Origin: Balanoglossus misakiensis
Taxonomy: Eukaryota > Animalia > Hemichordata
DNA: 64,000 nucleotides
Direction: 5' to 3'
Assembly (NCBI GenBank): GCA_040954595.2
Contig: CM082578.2
Location: 9,533,519-9,597,518 of the forward strand
Shown here piece by piece: positions 15,143 to 27,666 of the stretch; positions within the stretch are counted from its first letter, which is position 1; every line of letters starts with the position of its first letter. A program made the translations under genes and the position numbers. Below the pieces are notes generated by a model, which searched no databases, had not been told where the DNA came from, and saw only the letters and a list, made by a program, of their open reading frames with translations.

Positions 15143-15320
15143 TACAATAAAACCTGTCTAAACCGGACACCAAATGTCAGAAGAAATTGTTCGGTTTGCA
15201 GAGGTTTCCAGTTTATGGATTTTTTATATGGTAATATGTAAAAGGGATTAGACAGGGTGTACGTTCTGTATAGACAGGTTTCCAGAGCAGACAAGGTTCA
15301 GTTTAGACAGTTTAGACAGG
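15143..15320 (+). mobile_element. pogo/Tigger (Tc1-mariner)-like MITE, family C
   Basis: Left end is TA + CAATAAAACCTGTCTAAACCGGAC; a degenerate inverted copy (ggttcagtttagacag) forms the right end. A second copy is at 21208-21290. Confidence 0.65.
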
Positions 15321-18300
15321 ATGGTAACTGACTTAAGACAGTAGAAAACTGTGTTTTCTTCAGACTGATAGCATTTTGACCTAAACCTAAGTGTTTGGCA
15401 CTGCTTTGTTTTCAGGATGTAGTTGTGAATTATCTCCTTATTTCCGACAGACAAGACCATTACTTGCATAACAGTTTGCTTTATAGGTTTGTCACTGTTT
15501 ATAAAGGGTGTTTATTGATATCTTGACACGACCTCTGAATCATCTACAACGCAAGCATTACATAAACGGCCACCAAGGTAGCATCATAAATAATGGCATC
15601 TTTACTATGTCAGTTCAGTTTTCGATTTCCCCTCTAAAGCTAAATCTGCTGATGAGAGCATTAAATTTCTAGACATTGTATATTTTATAAACTTGAAGTG
15701 ACCATCACGTACCTGTGCAACTTTTTCTGCTTATCGTAAAACATATTTTCCTCGAAATGGGCACATGATTGGAGCAAGCAAACAGAGTTGCCACATATCA
15801 CCCACAATGCATTACAACGTATAATGGCAACAATATGTCGTCAGTTTATATCATGTACATTCCTCTTTATCTCAGACATCAAATGTATCTGTTGCCAGGG
15901 TCCCCAGCAACATTTGAGTTTTATATACACAACTGGATGTTGATTCAACAAATCTTCCATCACGCTGACTGTATGTTCATCATGATTAATATCTTGTTTA
16001 CAATTCTGATACCCTACCTATCAGTTTATCACATGGTGTGGGCTTTATGTTACATTATGAAATGATAGCTATAATAAGCAGGATCTTAATTAATATTTTA
16101 CTAGAGGATCGAGAGGAATGGACAGAAACAACTAGGTGCTTTAGATAGGTTTTGGTCGGTACATGTATTTCTAATGTTATTGGCATACTTGTTACCGTAG
16201 TTAACTTTCAATGGCTGATGTGGAGCATTTACTAGCCAAGCAAACGTATGGTAGATGGTTCTGGCCTTCAAGGGGTTGACATTTAAACCATTTACCATAT
16301 GGTCCGTCTACCTGACATTGGGAGGTTCAGTTCAAATTGACCCACATCAGGGTTGATAACCTTGTTATACTGCCATTACTGGACGTATTTTGCAAATAAT
16401 CACCACAGCTGTATATAGCTATAGTATAGACTCTTGGTAAAACTGCATTATGCCCTTTGAGCGAGGGGTTAAATTTTCAAAACCTCTGAAACAAAATTAA
16501 TGGTAGAAAGAGGAAGAGAAGGCAGAAACACAAACAAATAAAGAGATGCAAATCCACTTGTTGCAGATGCTGCATGCTTATATCGAAGAACAAATCTGAA
16601 GTTGTCTATACAGTTGACACAGCATTCCAAATATGCATCATAATTCATTCCATATATACAGAGGGTATCAGGAAGCTTAGGTCACACACAGTGGTCGCGG
16701 TGTGGTACGTACGACTTGAACTTTGATGTTAGGATTTTGTGGATTAAAAACTACAGCAAGGACATCGGTGTGATTTATTCAGTTCATCGGTACTACAAGG
16801 TTTATACCAACACTGAATAATAAATACACTGTCACACGTCACAAAGAGGATCAAAAAGCCTTATCTTTCAAAAATGTTATGACTCCCCACGACAGGCCAT
16901 GATCAATTCATGATCCACGCGCAGAACCTGTGAACTGATCATTACAAGGGTACCTTATCCATGAAAATTTGAGCACGGTACATGTGACAATTTCCAGCGC
17001 AATAAACTTTATTGCTTGTACTTGCCGCACGTGTGTGTGTACAACAGATGGTTTTAAATAACAGTAATCCTATCACATTGGTTGTAAATCTCTTTTGCAG
17101 TACTTTTAGTTACTGTACACAAAATTGTAAGTGATAACTGAATAATTTTGTGTGTGATACATATTCATTGTATGTGCTGGACAGTATCCTGATGTTCGGA
17201 GTTTCAGAAAGAGTGAGCAGACACTGCTCCATGTTTATACGCACATTTTCATAAAGTGATAGGCAGGGGCCAAATGTCAAGGTATGTTTATTTACATCCA
17301 ATTATCATCCTCCACTCAAACTTGGCAATGCCCTATATGCACTTTGGATAATCATATTTGTGTATTTGTTTTGATACACAGGGATTACATGCACTGGTGA
17401 TCGATCACTCCCAGCGTTTCTCCCACTTGTTCAATTTACCAGCGAAAAATTCAAAAAGTTGTATCTACCTTGAATTTGAAAAATGTTACCCCTCCTTGCA
17501 AAATATATGAGTCCCTCTAAAAAAATACAGAGTCTGGGAAGCAAAATGTGTATAATGTATACCCTGACAGAGACTTTTAACAATAAAGATGCAGGTTTGT
17601 GCGTTTTTTTATTTTCACTAAAAAGGAAACAAAAATGTTTGCTCAATACCATTGACAATAATCTCACAAGTAAGGAAATATTATTTCAAACACAAAGTCC
17701 AAATGTTGAAATTGTAATGAAAAAAAAATCTCATAAAATATTTAACTCCTGCGATCATGCATTTTTATTTTTCTGCCCTTATAAAAATTAAATAGACAGC
17801 TCGTAAGTTTAGGGTATACTTCAGATCAAGGACACATGTAGCTGAGCTGTGACTACGTCAACAGATTAAATTTGTGAAAGGATATAATGTTTAAATGAAC
17901 AACACCGACATCATTTATCACCCGACTTATAGTCATATTAAAAGACCTCTATTTAACCCCTATTATGGCCATCTGTTAATTCATAGACACTGTTTGCCAA
18001 ATCTGAAATCTAAACATTTCACTGCTGTCATATAAATCTCTGTTTCAATGCCGCAGTTATATCAGTCACGAACGACAAGATAGAAGTTTCAAATTTACTT
18101 TGAAATGACCCTGATAATGAGGTAAGTGGCTTTTGAGATGAAAATTATTGTTAAATAACGTCAGGTGAACGTGGAGCTGTAGACTTGACATTTTTATTAC
18201 GTCCAGTTGGCACCAGATATCTTTAGTGTGTAAAAAGGGACATGTAGTGATTAATCTGACTGCAGTGGTCTTCAGTATGCTACACTTATTTAAACGCATA

Positions 18301-19106
18301 ATTCAACCCCTTTACAAAATGTATATCTCATTCACTGGGAGAACTATTGAACAAAAATATCCCTAGCTACAAAAGTCTCCCAATGTACAATGTAGTAGAG
18401 ATGGTAAGATTCTTGAATCCTCGGGCACTGCCAGAAATTTGCCTCTACTGTTATTCTCGTAAAACTCACCCAAGTAGTTGATACACAAAATGTCAATTTC
18501 TGGAATAATGTCGACTAGTACCCTCAAAGTAGCAGAAGATGGCTTAAAGGGACAGTCAATATTCTTTTTAACTTGTTCATCAAAGATTAATTCTATTCAG
18601 TGCCTCATAGTTGGTAGAATTTAATCACAGGTAAATACTGCTAGGGCATTTTTAAATGTCAGCGATTGCCCTTGGTGGTCAGGTTAGGAGATTAGCTGTA
18701 ATTGTAAGCTGTAAAAACCTGAGCCATATTACATCAATTTGAAATGTTATGTGGGTTAAGTAAATATCTTGATGTGTCTTGGAATGTACGCACAACAAAT
18801 TATATTGCCACTGGTAGTACTTCAACTCAGTGGAACATGAGCAAAGTTTATATTTTTTCTTTTGTTTTTTTAAAGAGACTAAAATCACTACCTTTTGACA
18901 TTATTTCGGTTAAATTTATTTTTATAGGCTATCCTCTTCATGCAGATGCCCTTCTATCTCTGTTTTTTTCTTGGGCAGATCAAAACACTGAATGTAATTT
19001 AAACAAGAATTAGAAATTCATCATTGTTGGTAAAAAAAAAAATAGGTACATGATGTACCTGTAGTTCAAAGGTGCACAGCCAAATGTATATACTGTATCG
19101 TAAATA

Positions 19107-19175
19107 CTGAAAATCTAGCCAATCACAGAATTTCGCTCAGTTGGCCTCGTGAAAAAAGGGCACCACTACGAGGTC
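19107..19175 (-). repeat. Dispersed repeat family A, copy 2 (inverted, more diverged)
   Basis: Reverse complement reads cctcgtagtggtgcccttttttcacgaggccaactgagcgaaattctgtgattggctagattttc, similar to copies 1 and 3. Confidence 0.6.
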
Positions 19176-21207
19176 ATGGGAACACTGGGACACACCCCCC
19201 TTCAACTATAAATGGGTGGAAGATTATTGAGGTGATGTAAATCATGTTTGGCAGGAGAGAATCACTGTGTAACTCCGTTGTAAATTACAGGCTAAACTGT
19301 TATAAGCTTTGTCGTGCAAATCAACACTGCCGCATATAAGAAGTCATTATGGATGACACAGTCTCTGGTAGGCTTTATGCCAGTTTCTGACCTACAATAT
19401 GTTGTCGAGTTGTCTTTATAGGCTCAGTGTCTACCTGAACAAGCTTAAGCAACATTACGCCGTCAATTTTCTGAATCATCTTGGAATAATCTCTCAAATA
19501 CACAACACCACCTGGTAACACACTCCATAATACTGCCAAAAACATGCTCCAAATTTGTAAGCTTCAGTCCACACACCACCACAATCTGGTCGAGCAGACA
19601 AACACTCATAATTTGAGACGCAATGTTAAACAAGGGGCCAGCAACACTTCGTCCGATGACTGTAGACATCGTAGTGATGCATTTTTTACATGCTGATGTG
19701 ACACCTGCACTTTGACCTTCCTGGGAACAAATAGATTTCTAGTCATACGCTGCCACAAAACATGGGGAGAGGGTCATGCACTTCCTTGTCAAATGGAGAG
19801 AATTAAACATGGCCTGAATTCACCCTGTCAAGTTGACAAAAAAAATAACAGAAAAAGGAAGAAAACTTTGTCAACTACTCCATACAATTTGCACATTATT
19901 TACTGTCGCTACATGTATGGTCAAATTTCATTTTTTTTGCCTATATACATGCCAAACTCCTTTCTCATTCAGAGCTTGCTTGCGCCCTGCAGTGGCTATT
20001 TACTTTCAACAAAAGCTCTGATAATTAGTCTTGAAAATCGATTCAACTTCACTTACATTTTGTACATGAGTTGACTGTTCATGCTATAATTGGAAAGGCC
20101 CTTTTTACACGACGTGAAATATTGGCTGTCAGTCATCATACCGTACGCACAGGGTGTGCAGCAGCCATCAGGATTTCTGGAAGACAAGAAATACTGAACA
20201 ATATTCACAGCTAAAGTGCATTACTCTCTTAGACTCGGGATGATTCGTAAACTGTGAACTCTATTTGGTTTGTAAAATAAATTCCAAAAAGAAGAAATGT
20301 GCAACATCCGAAAAATTTTCTGTCAAATTTGCATGGAAGAACACCCAGCCTGCCTGCATCCTTCCATCAATAATGACCCTTTTCAGCAACAAATTTTATT
20401 TGCCAGTTACTTTCTGCAGTAAAAAGAAAGGCGTGTTGACAAAAAATGTTTCAAGTCTCAATTAAATCAGCCTAGGATGATAATCTTAAAATAAAGTTAT
20501 GTTTGGAATCTCAGAGGGGATAGCAATTTACGGAGCTACATGGAACGGGAGATCTTACTGGTCATAAATCAATCCCCGTGGGTGACTGTGCTTTAATCTT
20601 CGTGAACGTGACTTCATTTCTAAATATTCACACTGTATCTGCACTAAAACGACAGCAATCATAGGCAGTAATTGCGGCCATCTCAGATATCGTTTAATTT
20701 ATTCATGAGTAATACATGTATGCTTACATAACCAGAGATGTTGGAATATACATTTTGCACGACAAATGTTCACTTTATTGAATGTTTGATGAAAACCAAC
20801 ACTGCTTGACATTCATGCACTCCGCTATGGGCATATGGGGAAAATGACCAGCGAATATTTGAATATTCATAGTAACATGCCATGGTTCTGCAATCAACAT
20901 TTCATGGATTACAACTCTGAGAATTTTCTTCGTTCATTCTTCTAAAAGACACACGATCCGACAAAAAAAAACATCTAAGAAGGGTTAAATTCCTGTGGGG
21001 GTTAATGCTTCCTGTGAAGATTATCCCTTCAAAGAAAGGATTTGACATCTTCAGACAACTGTCTGACTGAGTTGGCAAGGAGCGGCTAATCTGTTGTTCC
21101 CCAGAGAGAAAGTAGCACGACCCTGAAGCAGTCTCGAGTTGTGAATCATCGGGTTTTGTCTCGGTGAAATTCTGGGGTCCTAATACTGCTTTGAAACAAT
21201 ACACTGT

Positions 21208-21290
21208 CAGTAAAACCTGTTTAAACCAGACACCAAAGGATTGAAGAAATTGTTTGGTTTGCAGAGATGCCTGGTTTATAGAGGTTCTAT
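21208..21290 (+). mobile_element. Truncated pogo/Tigger-like MITE, family C copy 2
   Basis: cagtaaaacctgtttaaaccagacaccaaagg...gaagaaattgtttggtttgcagag aligns with 15145-15220. Confidence 0.65.
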
Positions 21291-21310
21291 CTGAAACGTA
21301 CAGGAAAGTG

Positions 21311-21360
21311 ACCATAGAAAGAAGTGGATTTGGACCAAACCAAGGCAGTGAAAGGGTTAA
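21311..21360 (+). mobile_element. Right half of a piggyBac-like MITE, family B
   Basis: accatagaaa...ggatttggaccaaacc...gtgaaaggg + TTAA, matching the right end of the 27578 copy. Confidence 0.65.
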
Positions 21361-24356
21361 AAACATATGTTTCCTTTAATTTGTTTCACTCTGTACCAGC
21401 GATGTCCTGATTGGTCAAAGTTTGAGGACAGCAGCCAATCAGACTCATTCTCTCATATGCAGTAAATGCTTCAGAACCGCGTTCTTGTTGTTAGGTGACA
21501 GCGGACTGGACGAGGCTTAAAGCACCTTTGTCAAAGTTGAGCAACCTTCATCGCTGACTAAAATCAAGGCGATCTATTAATCTGTCTGAAGGAGGTAACA
21601 AGAAACACAATAGAATAAAAGACATTAAAAGGAAAGAAAAACCCGTGTGGCAGAAGTTCCACCTCGCTGCTCGGCCTTCATTTTCACTATACTTTCACAA
21701 ACCATTAGCACGTATTAAGTAGATTGTTCCTGTCAAGCAAGACTAATTTCCATACAGCGCGGGCAACTACATCAAAATCAGCCGTATACTGTAGACGTCC
21801 ACGGCTGAACTCACAACTCGTTCTGCGTCACCGACCCTGCCCCCAACGCCCCCCACCCCGACAAAAAAGGTCACTCCTTGTTCTCCTCTCTGCCCAAAAG
21901 AATGATTCTGCGGCCATTGTCTGCCCATCAATGCAAACTGTCTGTTGTGCTCGTCATTGTCAAAATAAAAGAACCGTATATACACAGAGTACAACAATAA
22001 TGACACAGTCGTTAGAGAGCAAAACTGCATGTTCTCTTCAGAAAATTATTACAGCTAATGGCTGTTCGCGGAGACGTAATTACCTTGACACAGAACCTCC
22101 CCCACACTGGGAATTTCAAGATTAACTTGACCACTTAAAGGTAGTGAAAATGTTTTTTCCAATAATTTTGTCGAAGCATCCAGAGTTTGCGAGTGACTTC
22201 TGTTGACATATCCCATCTCCACATGACAACGATGTACCAAGGTTGTGAGCTGAGAACAATGTCACAACCTTTTGTGTATGCGTTTCAACAATGGAGCCCT
22301 ATGTCCTCAGCAAGGCAAACTCTGGGTAAATTTTTTGTACTTATATTATAAACAACACCAATATGGGATGTCGCCTTGGAGACTTCCGATCGGTGACAAC
22401 TTTTACCTGAAGTTTCAAATTCTGGAGATTGGTGTGATTTATTGACAAACTTTGCCAAGCAAAAATTTATTTTACGTAGACCGTCTGACTATATGCACAT
22501 TGCCTTGTGCCGGCCATATACTGTAGAGTGTAACCTTAGAAGGTGAGGGTATCCTACTCTAGATTACTATATATCCTCCCTCCCGATCACATTGTTAAAC
22601 CTGGAGTTCTTGATTCTTTGATTTGCACTATTTATATTGTGATTCTAAGTGTCTGTATGAAAGATGGTTTGGCGCTGGTGATCGACCCACATTGGGTAGA
22701 AAGCGCGGAAAGCTCTTCTGTCTCACTCCACATTTGTGCACACACACATACAACGTACAAGTATATACACGCATTAATGCACACTTCAGCTATAATGACT
22801 TCAGTCCATAATACGTGAGATGATGGATGCACAACTGCCGTTCTGAAGACAGATACACGGCCACTCGCCGCTGCTTAGTGACAGACGACTACATCAGAAG
22901 TGCATTTCTGTCAGCCAATCAACGGCGACGTCACCGTGCCGAGAAACGCTACGACAGCAATCGGGGCAGACTGCAGCCTATACAGTATCCCGGCAAATCT
23001 GTTTTCGAAGCGCTATTGTTGCCAATGGAAGTGTTCTTTTGCGCCAATTCGTGGTGAAAGATTGCCTAAATGGTCACAAGTCGGTCCCACGTCAAACAGC
23101 AATGTTTGCCAAAAGCTTGAAAATAAAAATAATGACTCCTTCCGCGCAAATATTTCACCATAATAAACAACGTCACTGCATTGGACGAGGTGTCTGTCTT
23201 TATAACGGCACAAATCAGTTTCCGGAATTCTGACTGGACAATATTCTTCAGCTTGATTCCTGGCTGATGACAGACAAAAAACTACCTGATTGCATATTTC
23301 AGATGAAATATCGTCATAGTTTTAAGCCACTATAAATAACCCATTCCCCTATTACAAACATTTGTACAGGTCTTTGCATGTCAATAATTACACTGCGGCA
23401 TTCAATTTCTTTTATCGCCAGCCATTCTACCCAGAGAATTTCTTAGTATATCTCTTCAGGGCATAACTGTTTAATGCTCCATACGTTTTGGCACCCAGGG
23501 ATTTTAGAATCTCAAAATCTCAAAAATCATTTTTGTAAAGATATATCCACAATGAAAATGACTAATTTGTAGTGAATTTTAATAACTGAAACGACTCTTA
23601 TAACAAAATCACACACACAAACAAATTAAGACTTATTCAAACGCCCGTGGTTACCGGGTAGATTTTGATTACTGTTATAATTGCGAAGATATCTGTTGTA
23701 AAATAAACTCTATCCTATTATCCTAATCAGTGGTAACCTTTTCATTGAGGTTATCCTGCAGATACCATTTAAGATATATTGACTTTTTTACCACCCCCCC
23801 CCCCCCCATTTTTCCTATCAACTTTTTCATGCCGGCATATGGTTCAATGAAGTCATCAATGTCAAGTTCCAGACGTATATACACCAATTTAAGCAATAAC
23901 CACGTGGGATTTCAACATATCTCCCACTGTGGTCTCCTGCAAAGGGTATAAATATCATAAATTGGCCATAAAAGTATTTTTTTATCACACGTTCTGACAA
24001 AGACCGGCTCTCATCTCACAGTCTGGACCGCAAATATGCCAAGAAAAATCTGTCCCCGTGCTCCCGTCCTTTTTTTTGAGGGGTTGAGTGAGGGTGACGT
24101 GTGCTGACCACCCCCGCTTGATTAACATTGGTATGTTCCGTTACAGAGATGATCGATGGCACGCGGCGATGTGGGGATAAGTCGGTACAACAGGCACCTG
24201 TGATGTGTGGGTTAGATTAGAACATTTCAACTGGAGTCAGCGAATGCAAGCGTGGCCACAGTTATAGCTGGATAGGAAACTTCCAAAAACTGGAATATCA
24301 GAGACAACCAAAAAAACGTTGCGTGATTGTGTGTGGAGAACAGCGTACTACAGTAC

Positions 24357-24445
24357 CTGGGCTGAGCTTTATGAACTGGGTTACCTCAGGACTGATGAAA
24401 CAGACCTCTTCTGAGAAATCACAGAACTGCTCTCGTTCAAAGTAC
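24357..24445 (-). CDS. SENP8: SENP8 coding exon 2 (YFEREQFCDFSEEVCFISPEVTQFIKLSP)
   Basis: Polypyrimidine tract with ttttttcacAG acceptor. Its first G completes the Glu codon from exon 1. Contains the SENP8 hallmark FISPEVTQFIK. Phase-1 donor AG|GTACTG. 89 nt. Confidence 0.95.
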
Positions 24446-26290
24446 CTGTGAAAAAAAGAAGAAGAGAAAGCGTGCGGAGGAGAGTTATGACGTGAGGTAA
24501 GCAAAGATACTTCTGTCAATTTTTCGTGCTAAAAAAAAATTTCTACTCACATAGAAATTCATGAAGAATTCCTGCCGTCACTAGTAGAGTACACGTGCAA
24601 TGTCAGAGCATATCCCCTTCAAGCCCACACTGGCCTTACTATACCGCCAATGCCTGCATAATCACCCACCGGCAAATGAGCAATCGTGTGTCTCATAAAT
24701 GTTTCTAATTCACTGCGAGTCTTCTGTTAAATAACAACAGTTTATCCGTGGGGGTAGCAAGACCTTTAGGGGTTGATACCCCATCCTCCGCTTTGTCAAT
24801 GTATCAAATGATCTCTTCCAATCAGAACTCATTAGATTACCGTGTGTCCAGTAGAGCGTTGAATGGAACCCAATACAGCCTCCCATTTCTTTGCCTTTCA
24901 TCATTTTTCAAATTAAATGTTAGAAAAGTCAGGACGGTGATTGAAAAAACACACCGAGAATATCATCCGCATGATAACGCCAGAGCGACTCCTCACTGAG
25001 TGATGTTTGCTTTCTGGTGAAAACTCGAAAGTGAAACGCAGCAAAGTAATATGCAATCGTTCAGTCGCCACAGCTCTATAAGCAGTCACCTTGTGTTGTG
25101 AGAGACCCGACTGCAAGAGACGTATATTACATTGCAGCCATATGGTTTTACAAGTGCTGTACATTAACTTGATTAGAGCGATCCGCATCACACATTTGGT
25201 GCAAATTAAGCTCGGTACGTGTACGACCAATTACAGACTGGTCTTCTTGTTAAATTACAACCTTTGAAATGACACCGACAAGCTGAGAAACCATCCGCTA
25301 ATTCTTTATTGGTCACATGCAGAAAACCATTGAAATACAACTGGAAGTGCAGGGTCACTGAGGCTCCGACACTCTTGTCTCATGTGTGATTCTGTGTATA
25401 CATACATATCCATTTATAAAGCACTCGGTTTCTTTGTAAACCACATTCCTTATGATTTTGATGTGAAGTATCAAAACAATTCCAGGTGTCTATATGCTAG
25501 GGAGGCGAGATAAAGACTTGACCTCAGTTGGCAAAAAAATACAATTGTCGGTAAATCTAATTTACTTGCGGTGTTGCGCGTCATCATCGATTATCAGGGG
25601 ACTTTCAAACTCCCCTGTCTTCGATTGTCTGACTAGCGATCACCGCCGCTGTTGCTCTTACCGTTAATTGTCCAATAAAAAGCGTGGAATAAAAGCTGGT
25701 ATTAATTGGACAAATCGGATGTGAAGGCATACACTGAGTTCTCTTTTATTTATGTACTGGGGCTTTTACTTAGCTGATTCAAAAATCCATCGAGCTAATC
25801 AAGCCATATAATAATACTTTCTGCGACGCGTCACCTGGATGTTTGCCAATGAATGCATGCTCGCAAGTTCATTTGCAAATCCACATTGTCGAGAGAAAAA
25901 AGCCTCTCAAAACTGTCTGGCACACTTCAAACGCGTGCACATACACTCACTTTTACAAGGCATAAAACCATTTTACGGCAAGACAATACGTGACTTCTGC
26001 AGCTTCATCAAAGAGTGGTAAATGTTTAATACGCCAACTCCGTCTCATTTCTTCGGAATCAATCGGCAACAATTTGGGAAGTTATTCGCAGAGTTCATCA
26101 AAGTAACGCCTTTTTTTCCAGTTATATGACACATGATATGAAATTTAGGTGTTGCTTTACATTCAAAGAATGTTCAAAGTGAACACAAACCCAAGGATGC
26201 AGCACAAAGTTCAACTCCTTAAAGATTCCCAACATTAACGTTCTAGCCCAAAATAGCAAAAGTGTTCCGAATCATGTTTCATGTCCTTCG

Positions 26291-26333
26291 TTAAACCCTT
26301 ACACAACCATGGTTTGGTGGCGTAAGGGTTTAA
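26291..26333. mobile_element. Miniature (43 bp) TTAA-bounded foldback related to family B
   Basis: Perfect 12-bp inverted repeat ttaaacccttac / gtaagggtttaa around an accatggtttgg core shared with family B. Confidence 0.55.
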
Positions 26334-27577
26334 CACCTTCTTATGGTCAAACTTGTATATTCTGAATAATCATCGAGATTCATTACTACCGTAACTATCA
26401 ATTTCTCAGCTGAAGTTGTGCTCAATAACCGTATTAATTACTACTACTTAGGAAAGTTTTAGATCTGACTAAGACATGTTAATATTTGCATACACAAAAA
26501 AGACCAAGGAATAAATCTTTTTTAAGTTTTAATTTTTTTTCTGCTTAGAAATCTGGTCTCATCATTACATATGCCTGCATTGTCTCTGGTATAACAGTAA
26601 CGCCCACAGCCACCCAGCCTCCCCAACGACAAAAATGTAGAAAAGATCATGATATACGACTCAAACAGTAATCTGACTGCTACTACGTGTGATTGTGATT
26701 AAATCCAAACGTCTTGCGCGATCATTCAAACATAATTTCTCATTTTCAGTTGGCTGGGCCCACACAGAAAACAAGATACGCACATAAAAACCGTGTTTTG
26801 AAAAATACTTTTAACATATCCACATCCATTATGGTCTGATAACTATGATAACTAAAGGTTTAATGTATCATACAATAAAAATACTTTGACCAACGTTAAT
26901 TGGTTATTTTCTGTTTTCTGTATGATGTGGAGTTGTACGACTCTGTCCCTTGCCGACCATACCACTGACGTACACTTAGCAACAGCGCCATGTTCTTGTC
27001 ACTGCAAACACCAGATAATCCTGTAAAACATTTTCTGATTGTCCCACTGCGCAAATAATAATTTAAGAGCGCATAAAAAACTCAATTTGGAGGGGACGCT
27101 TGCATATGCCAGCTATAGGCTTTTCTGGGAGGTTTTCTCATTCGTCACAGCTTTCCAACATCAAAACTAATCTTTATAATGCCGGGAAGTTGTCCACATT
27201 TTTCCATTCTGAATTTATTGCATCCGGTTCTACCAGCAAATTGTTACCATGGCTACAAGCTTAGGTACATTCCGGTATAAAATGCCATTTCTACCTAAAT
27301 CCTTTCAACTGTATTTCTCGTTGTATTACAGTCTGTGGGTGTTCATCACAGTTTTCAAGGAAATATCCACTGTGGGAACAATTCCATTTGCCTGACACAT
27401 TTACCAAATGGATTTAATGGCAGCCATTTTGAATTTGAAGAATTTGTAACTTTCAGAGCGTTTCATTCATTGACTGAAAAATTTGCATATACTCCCCCAT
27501 CCCTACCAGCATTCGAATTACTCCTACAAAAAGAAAATTTCTCAGGAACTTTATCTGGCACCATCTTTCTCATAACA

Positions 27578-27666
27578 CCCTTTCACCCCCAGTTCCCTCT
27601 TTAGAGGTCCAACCTTACCATAGAAAACAATGGGTTTGGACTGAACCATGGTGGTGAAAGGGTTAA
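27578..27666 (+). mobile_element. piggyBac-like MITE, family B (best copy)
   Basis: TIRs CCCTTTCACC...GGTGAAAGGG followed by TTAA; the left TSD is degenerate. CCC termini with a TTAA target are typical of piggyBac. Confidence 0.75.
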
